Source of the DNA: Planctomycetota bacterium
Lineage (GTDB): Bacteria; Planctomycetota; PLA2; JAEUHO01
NCBI GenBank assembly: GCA_965222115.1
Contig: CBDCTJ010000007.1
Location: 1,932,082-1,996,081, forward strand
DNA length: 64,000 nt
Direction: 5' to 3'
Shown here: in pieces, positions 39,201 through 46,780 of the stretch
Numbering within the stretch: position 1 is the first letter of the stretch
How the letters are laid out: every line of letters starts with the position of its first letter
The notes under the pieces: model-generated
What the model saw: only the letters and a program-made list of their open reading frames with translations
Databases searched by the model: none
What the model was told of the DNA's origin: nothing
Translations under genes and position numbers: made by a program

Positions 39201-41846
39201 ACGAAGAACGGGAACTCCTTCACCGTTGAGCGCTTTCAAAAGACCGCGTGGCAAGGGGCCGCAGAGCCCTACTTCTTGATTTCGGGGGCGGATGCGGGTG
39301 CGGGGAAGTTCAACTTTCCCTGTTACATGTTGCCCATATCGATCTTAGCAAGCGGCGGGCAGGATCCCGATGCTTATCTCAATCCAGCGGTTGTGGAACA
39401 TCGAGAGATTCTTGGTCGGTATTACAACAATAGTGAGTCTGCGCGCATCTTGATTGGAACCGACGATCCTGTGGATCAACATGAAGTGATTCGATATGAC
39501 TCCATCGATACGCAACGTGCGCAGACGGGCGCGTTGTTTCTTCGCGACCGTGCGTTGGGCAGAATAACGCGACATTTCTTTGGAAACTCTGAGACGATTG
39601 AAGGTGGTTCATCCACCAATCCAGATCCCGACCCTGACCCCGATCCGGATCCAGATCCCGATCCCACGCCAGATCCCGGTCCTGGTTCAGGGGGTGGTAG
39701 TGGCGGAGGTGTCATCGATCCGGTGCCGGGCGATGGTGACGCGCCCCAACCCAATGGTGAGATTCCTCCTGGTTTGAGAGATCCGGAAGACACGCCCAGC
39801 ACGGAAGATCCAGATGAGGGTGAGACACCGACGGAACCCGGTACGGGCGAGCCTGATGAGGGAGAGGGCGAAGGCGGTAGCGAAGAACCAGATGAGCCCA
39901 CTGGCGAGACGCAAGAAGAGGAAGAGAGTGGAGATAGTCTTCTCGATGGAGAGGGGGAAGGCGTCGAAGAAGATGACGTGGACGACAACGGAAGCGATAC
40001 AGGGGGTGACAACGGGGAGGGTACGGGTGGTGCCAAGCCCACGCCCGAAGAGCCCACAGAAGACGAGAGTGGTGGTGGTGAATCTGAGTCATCACCCGAA
40101 CCTGATCGGGAAGACGAGATCATTCCCAATCAAGTTCTGCAGGATGACGTCGAGGTTGATGAAGACGTGCCACAGGAGGACACCGAGTTCGGTCTGGGCC
40201 GAAATGTGTACTACGAGCCGTTGGGGCCGAGAACCGCGATCGATGAATTGGGGTTCCGTGGCGTGAACGGAACAGTTCACCGTGATCACGCTTCCGGAGG
40301 TGAAGAACGCAACAGCCGCGTGATTCCTTGTTTCCGCGTATGGCAAGGTGGCTCGGGCATCACCGCTCGTGTGGGTCGCAACGACCGCATCACTTTGACG
40401 AGCGGGAGCCTGGAGGATCCAGTCGAGTATGAAGTCGGCATCCGTTGGGCCAGTAGCGATTGGGTCGCGCCGGAAGACTTTCCGCCTGAACGTATTAAGG
40501 CGGCCGTACAGGGCGCGCGTACGATTCGTACGGATTGGCGTGAGTTTCCTCGGGCACTTAAGTTCCCCTCGGGCGAACTACCGAGTCGTTTAGGCCGAGA
40601 GATTGAGTTTGGCCAGAGTACGGTGTCGGACAGCGGCATTGCTACGGCCTTCATGGATGACCTGCATATATGGCGACAAGATCTCGATCCACCGCTGCGT
40701 GTGGTGAATGAAGAAGAGATCACGCCCACGACGCCCGAGATCGCCGTAGTCAATACCGTCAATTTGCGTGAAGTATCGGACTTTGATGGGTTCCGCGCCA
40801 GCGGCGGCCTGATCATGGTTGAAAGCGAGATCATTTACTACCGCGGATACCGCGTGGACGGTGAGCGCACCTACGTCTTTGAAAACTGCATTCGTGGCGT
40901 GATGGGCACGCGCGCACGTGCCCATGCCATTGGTGCCAAGGCGCGCTTGCTGGCCGACATTCCCGCATCAACGCTGCAAGGGGGGCTCGCACCCGAGTCG
41001 TCGTCGATTCCTATTGCGGATGCACGCAACTGGCCCAGCGAGGGTCTTGTGCGCATCGTTGGCGAGGAAACGGTCGAGTTGGCCCACTACACCCGTAAGA
41101 GTGGCGCCGACCTGATTATGCCCGAGTCGCTGGATGCCGATCGGCGTTCCCGTGGACGCGGGTTATTCCGCGGTCGCTTTGGCACCGAAGCCATGTCGCA
41201 TGACTCCGATCAGGTCGTGTTCTTCCATCCCTACCGTTTCTGGGATCGCTTTGCGCCGCGTGCGGCGGAAGACGGGGACGCGTTCCCCGGTGTACACGAT
41301 CATCCCGAGACGTCCTACCTTGAGCTCGGCACCAAGGTGCACTCGGCCTATTGGCGTGGATTTACATGGCAAGAGAACCTGATCGCCAACTCGCGAGGTG
41401 CTGGAAACACGTTCGACAGCAGTGTCGGTGATGGCAGTGGCGCGCTTGATGTGATTGTGCTGGCGCGCTTCAATCCCAACGTCCCGTGGGACAGTACGCG
41501 CGTCATGGATATGCGCGATGCGTCAAGCGGGCTCGGGCAGACGTCGGGCGACAAGCGGGATGCCATGGATGCCCTGTTCGTGTTTGACGCACCGGGCGAA
41601 GGCGTGATCGGGTCTGGACTGAACGGTCATCACTTGGGTGTTGAATCCGACACGGCCGAATTCCGGGTCTACTTTGACTACAAGCCAAATGCCTATGAGG
41701 CCATGGACTTCCCGTCTACATCGGGCACGGTCTTTGATGATGAGCGCGTGTTCGTCAATGACTGGAAGTCCACGCCGTGGCTTCAGGCGCTCCGCGCGTC
41801 CTATGTGAGCCGAACGAAGACGCGTTACCGCGTGCCGTTGCGATAG
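36258..41846 (+). CDS. Giant (1862 aa) protein with GspK/PilX-like pseudopilin N-terminus, internal repeats and acidic PD/E-rich linker
   Basis: GGAGGA RBS. The N-terminus RTPAEHG|VAMIIVISILVTMLLIAVPFAMSMRQGEERTEAVAAKHRAITDAQ matches the GspK-type prepilin-like pattern (Gly at -1, no Glu5). Three copies of the motif (I/L)RIGxE(I/V)IxY...RGxxGTxAxxxxxGTPV. (PD)8 and Asp/Glu-rich block at about aa 1120-1290. Confidence 0.7.
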   Translation: MMQRNLRTPAEHGVAMIIVISILVTMLLIAVPFAMSMRQGEERTEAVAAKHRAITDAQVLSDLVKAFLQGTRPEQEAALRTRGGGALGVDADPNVDSLAEITPDERFRSKAAEIITEQWITDPAMAARAQSLKARGLSPLNDDRGSIWTVRVQDAQARINVNSGAVWLLANVMGAATLSEDVDGGATDIPVSNVVAPLAGFPGFPRENGFIRIGREVISYEQFDGSAFRNCTRSALQDSPLGDNGTAEEYEQGTPVIDYVAYKVATHLFASKPGEINRFRTVEELKNIATWGGGGTMLSDRLEQLEPFLTAFSRRETAGGWMAEQLVTNQLPESLETGSADVVKVRDLVNPAGNSWYVNPGTPVRISNGVHTAYQMVANLGDLDGRQRGRQFALAGTVGSLGGDITFEGGETRVAAFAPYPININTASREVLYAVMANVQLWRAKSDEQIVTPKLAWMLAEMIERERKGALSVDAESGERRSGPFRHAEDFGRFLGKLVDAGTLKLAQQAALYLNATNPHCSELRFGTAPWNYRTLDVYHVETRVALNNRVGEQIAVAGTREVVEIGSDSTCVWSIDSQSEFEQRLEQGHGAKWTTTFPYNVTFKNEGLAHIQPGIRGPQQFIREIYPSDDREEDLGDVRMEPARMRLPGAQVIDNFDSRYYAYGHYTVYDGVYRKRTNQTLMGRRDKVVRPFKMSFWWRPYSSANWTAFDCAREKFEDRFAIFVTDSENGGQELVFRCCASTLEQRGAEVYVPLERIGYEPGTWYHIDVSCRGEDPSTMQLLVDGVDVGIRRSFTYLRSSISQSDEEIGVESTAGFPPRGALRIGNEIIEYDLLAGDTGFSELLRGARGTTAGDWAEGTPVHLLGYSLPITVDVMKGGATLEDGLGKWRAVRIVSDEDSLTVNVGPNGDMPIVIFGYAPENTEPTLEITGMWNYDDTECTDAFQSEGFALLGCPKPTFSDGVNAEEEPEVILGGHEVVYYTKNGNSFTVERFQKTAWQGAAEPYFLISGADAGAGKFNFPCYMLPISILASGGQDPDAYLNPAVVEHREILGRYYNNSESARILIGTDDPVDQHEVIRYDSIDTQRAQTGALFLRDRALGRITRHFFGNSETIEGGSSTNPDPDPDPDPDPDPDPTPDPGPGSGGGSGGGVIDPVPGDGDAPQPNGEIPPGLRDPEDTPSTEDPDEGETPTEPGTGEPDEGEGEGGSEEPDEPTGETQEEEESGDSLLDGEGEGVEEDDVDDNGSDTGGDNGEGTGGAKPTPEEPTEDESGGGESESSPEPDREDEIIPNQVLQDDVEVDEDVPQEDTEFGLGRNVYYEPLGPRTAIDELGFRGVNGTVHRDHASGGEERNSRVIPCFRVWQGGSGITARVGRNDRITLTSGSLEDPVEYEVGIRWASSDWVAPEDFPPERIKAAVQGARTIRTDWREFPRALKFPSGELPSRLGREIEFGQSTVSDSGIATAFMDDLHIWRQDLDPPLRVVNEEEITPTTPEIAVVNTVNLREVSDFDGFRASGGLIMVESEIIYYRGYRVDGERTYVFENCIRGVMGTRARAHAIGAKARLLADIPASTLQGGLAPESSSIPIADARNWPSEGLVRIVGEETVELAHYTRKSGADLIMPESLDADRRSRGRGLFRGRFGTEAMSHDSDQVVFFHPYRFWDRFAPRAAEDGDAFPGVHDHPETSYLELGTKVHSAYWRGFTWQENLIANSRGAGNTFDSSVGDGSGALDVIVLARFNPNVPWDSTRVMDMRDASSGLGQTSGDKRDAMDALFVFDAPGEGVIGSGLNGHHLGVESDTAEFRVYFDYKPNAYEAMDFPSTSGTVFDDERVFVNDWKSTPWLQALRASYVSRTKTRYRVPLR

Positions 41847-41906
41847 CGACTACCGCAATCGCTCGTTCAGGCGGGCAAAGCACCCTGTAACGGGCGATCG
41901 CCAGCA

Positions 41907-41943
41907 AGGGACGTCTCCATTTGGGGGCGTCCCTTCTCAATTG
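41907..41943 (+). terminator. Putative rho-independent terminator after the giant gene
   Basis: AGGGACG...CGTCCCT inverted repeat (7-bp stem, long loop) followed by TTCTCAATT, 60 nt after the stop at 41846. Confidence 0.3.
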
Positions 41944-42036
41944 CGTCGATGATCCGTCCGTCCATAGCAAAGAATCTCTCGCCGAGGCCACCGGGGCGGA
42001 TAGCCTGCGTGCGTTCGAGTACCGGAGACCTCACTG

Positions 42037-42600
42037 ATGGACGCCACTGGAATACGTAAGGGCACCTACCTGACCCACAAGGGCGCGCTCTGGCAGGCGG
42101 TGGAAGTGACCCACCGAACGCCCGGCAACAAGCGCGGCTTTGTGCAGGTCAAGCTGCGCAATGTCCAAAGTGGCACGCATATCACCGAGCGATTTTCGTC
42201 CAACGAAGACGTCGAACGGGCGTGGCTTGACTCGCGCAAAGCTCAATACCTCTACGACGACGCGCAAACGGGCCCGGTCTTCATGGATTCGGAGACCTAC
42301 GAACAGTTCGGTTTGAGTCGCGAGGTGCTTGGCGATGCCATGAATTACGTACTTGAAAATGCCGAGGTCGAACTCACCTTTTATGAGGGCCAAGCAATCG
42401 GGTTGGATCTCCCTGCCAAAGTGGACCTCGTGGTGGTCGAAACCGAGCCCGCGGTCAAGGGCGATACGGTCAGCGGCGTCTCCAAGCCCGCAACGTGTGA
42501 AACCGGCGTTGTCGTCAAGGTCCCCGGACACATCAAGGTGGGGGATAAGATTCGCGTAAGCACGTCCACCGGGGAGTTTCAGGAACGCGTCAATAAGTAG
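42037..42600 (+). CDS. efp: Elongation factor P
   Basis: KGTYLTHKGALWQAVEVTHRTPGNKRGFVQVKLRNVQSG... is a typical EF-P (187 aa, KOW-like N-domain). Confidence 0.93.
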   Translation: MDATGIRKGTYLTHKGALWQAVEVTHRTPGNKRGFVQVKLRNVQSGTHITERFSSNEDVERAWLDSRKAQYLYDDAQTGPVFMDSETYEQFGLSREVLGDAMNYVLENAEVELTFYEGQAIGLDLPAKVDLVVVETEPAVKGDTVSGVSKPATCETGVVVKVPGHIKVGDKIRVSTSTGEFQERVNK

Positions 42601-42638
42601 GGCGTCGAGAAGTAAGGCGTCAATGCGAAGACGTAGGG

Positions 42639-43367
42639 GTGGCAATCCGCATGAGCAGGCCTCTCCGCAAGCGTCTTGTGAAGAAGTTGCTCGCCTCACG
42701 CGCGACACTCGCGGTGGCGTCGCCCTTGTTGCGGCTCTATCGCATGGTGGCGTATGGCGGCTTTCTGTGGCGTCATGATCCCACTCTGCTTCGGCTGATG
42801 CGCAGTCAAGAGCCCGTTATCTTCGCCGTCTGGCATCAGGACTTTGTCCACACGCTTGGCTACATCTCTCGCTGGAACACAAGGCGGCGAACCTATGCGC
42901 TTGCCAGTGCAAGCCGAGACGGATCGATTGCCGCGACCGCCGCGGAGTCGGTAGGGTTTCGTGCACCGGTGAGAGGCTCGTCGGCCAAGGGCGCTGCGCG
43001 CGCTCTGCGTGGATTGCGGCGCTTGAGTCGTGACGATCCGCGCGCATCGATCACCATTGTGTGCGATGGCCCGCGCCCACCGGCGCGCGTGCTACAGCCC
43101 GGCGTCTTGCATATGGCCCAGGCCTCCGGTCATCCTCTATGGCTCCTGCGAACGTCATTTCATCAACGTAAGGAACTGTCGAGAAGTTGGGCACGGTTTC
43201 ATCTGCCCTTGCCGTGGTCGCGCGGTGTGGTTGCCTGCGATGGACCCATTCACGTGCCCGCTTCCCTGTCGCGAAGTGAACTTGATGCGCTCCGCACGCA
43301 TATCGAACAGCGCCTCAACGCATTGGCCGGGGCTGCTGATCGCGTGGCGCAAGCGCTTGATTCATGA
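42639..43367 (+). CDS. DUF374 domain protein (lysophospholipid acyltransferase-like, lipid A/Kdo-associated)
   Basis: VIFAVWHQDFVHTLGY...ASASRDGSIAA...CDGPRPPARVLQPGVLHMAQASGHPLWLL pattern of the DUF374 family. Adjacent to a lipid A acyltransferase gene. Confidence 0.55.
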   Translation: MAIRMSRPLRKRLVKKLLASRATLAVASPLLRLYRMVAYGGFLWRHDPTLLRLMRSQEPVIFAVWHQDFVHTLGYISRWNTRRRTYALASASRDGSIAATAAESVGFRAPVRGSSAKGAARALRGLRRLSRDDPRASITIVCDGPRPPARVLQPGVLHMAQASGHPLWLLRTSFHQRKELSRSWARFHLPLPWSRGVVACDGPIHVPASLSRSELDALRTHIEQRLNALAGAADRVAQALDS

Positions 43368-43580
43368 TTTGTGGGGCGTCGCTGAGGCGCGTCGATCATA
43401 GAGTGCCAGCCCAGCGGGGAGTAGGAGCAGATCACCGACGAGTGCTGCCAGCATCATCGCACTCATGAGTTCCGCAGATCGACGAGTCGGCAAGAACGTG
43501 GACGTCATCATCAGGGCCATGCCGAGGAGTATGATCCGTGTGGTCAACATCATGGCGCGACCGGTTGTCTTCAGTGACAC
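43362..43580 (-). CDS. Small two-helix membrane ORF (72 aa), possibly a remnant of a transporter C-terminus
   Basis: Hydrophobic segments IILLGMALMMTSTFL and LMSAMMLAALVGDLLLLPAGLAL. GC3 about 65 %. Lies 12 nt downstream of the lpxL-like gene on the same strand. Confidence 0.25.
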   Translation of the reverse strand: MSLKTTGRAMMLTTRIILLGMALMMTSTFLPTRRSAELMSAMMLAALVGDLLLLPAGLALYDRRASATPHKS

Positions 43581-43591
43581 ATCGAGTGCGT

Positions 43592-44590
43592 CTACGCGTG
43601 CTCCGGGTCAAACGATGAGTAGGCCGGGTAGGTCTTGAGCTCGGGATGGGGGCGCGACTTGAAGCGTTTCATGCGCCAATTCCAGAGTTCCGGTTGGGCT
43701 CGAATGACGTCACTGAGCACGTCGTTGATGCGCGTTGTGAGTTCGAGCACCATCTCCGACGGCACATCACTTGTAAGACCTTGATTGAGGTCGGGGCCAA
43801 TCCACACCCGGTAGCGCCCGTTTGGCTTGGGAAAACAGAACACGGGCAGGAGCGGCACGCGCGTATGGACTGCGAGCCACGCCGGGAGGGGCGTTGTGCG
43901 TGAGGGATGACTGAGGAAAGGCGAATAGATCCCGCCATACTTCTTGCGCACATTGCGGTCCACGAGGAGTGCAGCAATGCCGCCACGTCGAACGACCTTT
44001 GCAACCGCCGCAGCGCCGCCCTTGCGAAACACATTGACGAGATCGGCGTGGCTGCGCAGCTCTTCCATGATGACGTTTAGTGCGGGGTGAGTGCTCGGCT
44101 CGGCGAGAAACACAGTGGGCGGAAAGTCTTCAAAGGCGGTGCGCATACCCAGGAGCAATTCCCAGTTTCCCACGTGGCCTGAGACAAGCACGCCCCCTCG
44201 GGCGCGAAGGGCTTCAACCGTGGCGCCTTCGCTCGCGTCGGCAGGCAACTCGACCCAATCCAGAAACGACTTCTTGGTGAGGGGTTGCAAATGGAGCAAG
44301 AGCGCCACGGCACGTGTGGCCTGCCGATAGCTCGCCTTGTGAATGCGCTTCGCCTCGTTCTCGGGCAGTGACTCGCCGAGTACCGTGCGCATATTGACGC
44401 GTGCGATGTGCCACGCGCGGCGATCGAGCACGGATAGCGCGCTGCCCACACCATCGCCGGTTGCCAAAATCCAATGCGACGGGAGTGCGGTGACGATTTT
44501 GATGATGCCGCGAAAGATCCAGGTCATCGAGGTCCGCACCATGGGGTGGGCAAAGATGCGGTGGCGAAGCGGGAGACGATCGGAGGGCAT
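43592..44590 (-). CDS. Lipid A biosynthesis lauroyl/myristoyl acyltransferase family (LpxL/HtrB-like LPLAT)
   Basis: HxxxxD-type region (VSGHVGNWELL) and overall LpxL-family pattern. 332 aa. Confidence 0.7.
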   Translation of the reverse strand: MPSDRLPLRHRIFAHPMVRTSMTWIFRGIIKIVTALPSHWILATGDGVGSALSVLDRRAWHIARVNMRTVLGESLPENEAKRIHKASYRQATRAVALLLHLQPLTKKSFLDWVELPADASEGATVEALRARGGVLVSGHVGNWELLLGMRTAFEDFPPTVFLAEPSTHPALNVIMEELRSHADLVNVFRKGGAAAVAKVVRRGGIAALLVDRNVRKKYGGIYSPFLSHPSRTTPLPAWLAVHTRVPLLPVFCFPKPNGRYRVWIGPDLNQGLTSDVPSEMVLELTTRINDVLSDVIRAQPELWNWRMKRFKSRPHPELKTYPAYSSFDPEHA

Positions 44591-44743
44591 GAGCGCGCAT
44601 CCTACGGAGGGCAGACGCTCGATCGACGGGAAAGCCCGATGACGAATCTCACCGCGCTACCCGACGCGAATCGTGCGTTGACCGCGCGGCTGTGAATAAT
44701 CAGGCCGCCGACCGTCTCGCGATCTACCGGAGCCGCATCGCCC

Positions 44744-45601
44744 ATGGCCACACCCACCGTGCGTCTCCAATTCGACGATCTAGCGCCCTACCTCCTACTC
44801 AAGAATGGGAACTTTCTCTACAAGGTTCCGTATCAAAATGGGCACGCAGTCATCAAGGTCTACGTCGGAAGTCGCGGGCGCTGGGGTCGCTTCACGAAGA
44901 GTATCGCCAACGTCTGGTTGTATGGGCAGACCTCCTATTTTGTTGGGACGCGCCTGCGGATTGAGCGCGAATGCATGGAGCTTTGGCAGTCGCATGGCTT
45001 TCGAACATTTGAACTCTACGATCACGTAACCGTGGACGCGCCGAACTGTCCCGAAGGTGCATACCTGGTGATGGAATATGTGGCGCGCCCGAAGCTCTTT
45101 GAAATCCTCTGCGACACATCGCGGAGCGTGGAGAAACGGTTCGAAATCTACCGTCGCTTCTTGGCCGAGTGGAGTCGCCGGCACGAGTTGGCCATTGAAC
45201 TCCAGGAACCCAAGTTGGTGCATGAGAACGGCGACGGCAAACACGCCATGTTGATGGAAGACGGTTCGTTTCTGTGGTTCGACTTCGAAATGATTTATCG
45301 CTCGCGCCGCCACACCGATCGTCATGTGTCGCACGAAATTATGCAGTACATTTGGCAGATGCTTCGCAAGGTTCCCGCCGACATTCAAGCGGCGTTCTTG
45401 GAAGAGACGGTGACGCACTATCCCGTGCCAAAGCGCCTCGAAGCAGCGCACGATCTCTTCTTGCGCCATCCGAATCTGTTCATGCGTATGGCGCGAGGGC
45501 TGGACCGACGTTTGACCAAGCGGGGGAAGAAACTCACCAGCAAGTACAACGTCGCGCGCAAACTTCGCGACGTTCTGCGTGAGTCGGGAAGGTGCTCGTA
45601 G
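44744..45601 (+). CDS. Lipopolysaccharide kinase (Kdo/WaaP/InaA)-like protein kinase fold, paralog 1
   Basis: N-lobe-like AVIKVY...; catalytic-loop-like LVHENGDGKHAMLMEDGSFLWFDFEM. Resembles Kdo kinase/RIO-like kinases. Tandem with a paralog. Confidence 0.45.
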   Translation: MATPTVRLQFDDLAPYLLLKNGNFLYKVPYQNGHAVIKVYVGSRGRWGRFTKSIANVWLYGQTSYFVGTRLRIERECMELWQSHGFRTFELYDHVTVDAPNCPEGAYLVMEYVARPKLFEILCDTSRSVEKRFEIYRRFLAEWSRRHELAIELQEPKLVHENGDGKHAMLMEDGSFLWFDFEMIYRSRRHTDRHVSHEIMQYIWQMLRKVPADIQAAFLEETVTHYPVPKRLEAAHDLFLRHPNLFMRMARGLDRRLTKRGKKLTSKYNVARKLRDVLRESGRCS

Positions 45602-45605
45602 GCCC

Positions 45606-46421
45606 ATGAACACACTCCCGATGATTCCGGGGGGCACACTGGTCCAAGGTCCCAATGCGCGCGGCGGCAACATGCTCTATCGAGTTGCCACGCCCGACGG
45701 CGATCTCGCGCTCAAGCTCTATCGACAACGCAAGGCGGCTTGGCGTGCACCGTTTCGTCGGCTTGCACATGCGATCGAAGGTAAGCGGGGCACATCGCCA
45801 AGCGCCCGATGCGAAACCGAACGAAGGACGCTCGAATGTTGGCAGCGTCATGGCTTTTCGGCACCGCGGTGGATGGATCGTCCATGCCCCGACGATGTGA
45901 ATCCTCCGTTTCTTTGGATGACGTGGTTGGCCGGCGTCGTGCTTCGAACAGCGTTGGAAGATCCCGACGTGGGGTCGCAGCAAAAGTCGCGATGGATGGA
46001 AGCGCTTGCCGATTCGATGTCGGCGCGCCACACGTGTGCTCTGGCAGAACGCGAGCCGTTGCTGATTCCCGAACATCCTCACGTACAACACGTGATCGTG
46101 CATGAAGACAGCGTGTCCGTGTTCGATCACGAGGGGGGATACGCACCGCGTTATCCAATTCGCCAGGCCATTGCTGCCGAGTTGGCGGGAACCGTTCGCT
46201 CCGCCTTGCGCGCGGCGCCGAACATGGAACGCGAGCTAGTGACGTCGTTCGTGATGGGCTACAAGGAACGAGACCGGGCAGTGACCATTTGCAAAGAGGC
46301 CCTCGAAGGGCGCGGAATCACACGGCGCGTTCACCGTTGGGACGACGAACGTAGACGTCCCGACTTCAGCAAAGCGAAAGCACTGCGTATGCTGCTCGGC
46401 GCGTTTCGTACAGCAACGTAG
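45606..46421 (+). CDS. Lipopolysaccharide kinase-like protein kinase fold, paralog 2
   Basis: Start at ATG 45606, 5 nt after the paralog 1 stop. LALKLYRQRKAAW...ERRTLECWQRHGFSAP parallels paralog 1 (VIKVYVGSRGRW...ERECMELWQSHGFRTF). Confidence 0.45.
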   Translation: MNTLPMIPGGTLVQGPNARGGNMLYRVATPDGDLALKLYRQRKAAWRAPFRRLAHAIEGKRGTSPSARCETERRTLECWQRHGFSAPRWMDRPCPDDVNPPFLWMTWLAGVVLRTALEDPDVGSQQKSRWMEALADSMSARHTCALAEREPLLIPEHPHVQHVIVHEDSVSVFDHEGGYAPRYPIRQAIAAELAGTVRSALRAAPNMERELVTSFVMGYKERDRAVTICKEALEGRGITRRVHRWDDERRRPDFSKAKALRMLLGAFRTAT

Positions 46422-46445
46422 CCCAGCACATTGACGTCGCGTTCC

Positions 46446-46607
46446 TTATGCGACGACCGCCAGTAGCACGGCGAGCATCACCATGACGGCGGCCCAGCCT
46501 TCGCCGGCGCATTCGCCGACGAGTCGCTGCAATGCGTCCGAGAAACGAGAGTCGTTTCTGTCTTCCAGGTTGACGCTTCGGTAGTAGGCGGTTCGGTTTG
46601 TGGACAT
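46446..46607 (-). CDS. Small tail-anchored membrane protein (53 aa), hypothetical
   Basis: GGAGG 7 nt upstream of ATG. GC3 about 75 %. MSTNRTAYYRSVNLEDRNDSRFSDALQRLVGECAGEGWAAVMVMLAVLLAVVA ends in a hydrophobic helix. Missing from the ORF track because it is under 60 aa. Confidence 0.4.
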   Translation of the reverse strand: MSTNRTAYYRSVNLEDRNDSRFSDALQRLVGECAGEGWAAVMVMLAVLLAVVA

Positions 46608-46780
46608 GGCAGATCCCTCCTGCTGGGACCGAAAGTAGTGTTAGTGTCGGACAGCTCCCGCGCGGCCGCCCTAAGTTGCGTGTTTTCATGTGGTTGCGGC
46701 GTTTTGGGTGCGAGTGGAGGCGCTCACGGCGTTGCGCTCGGACTCCACTGCCGGCGCTGACGCGCGCTCGGTAGGCTCGG

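Noticed and set aside
39476-40129. 217-aa Ser/Pro/Gly-rich minus-strand ORF
   Set aside because: It is antisense to the (PD)n / Asp-Glu-rich linker of the giant gene.
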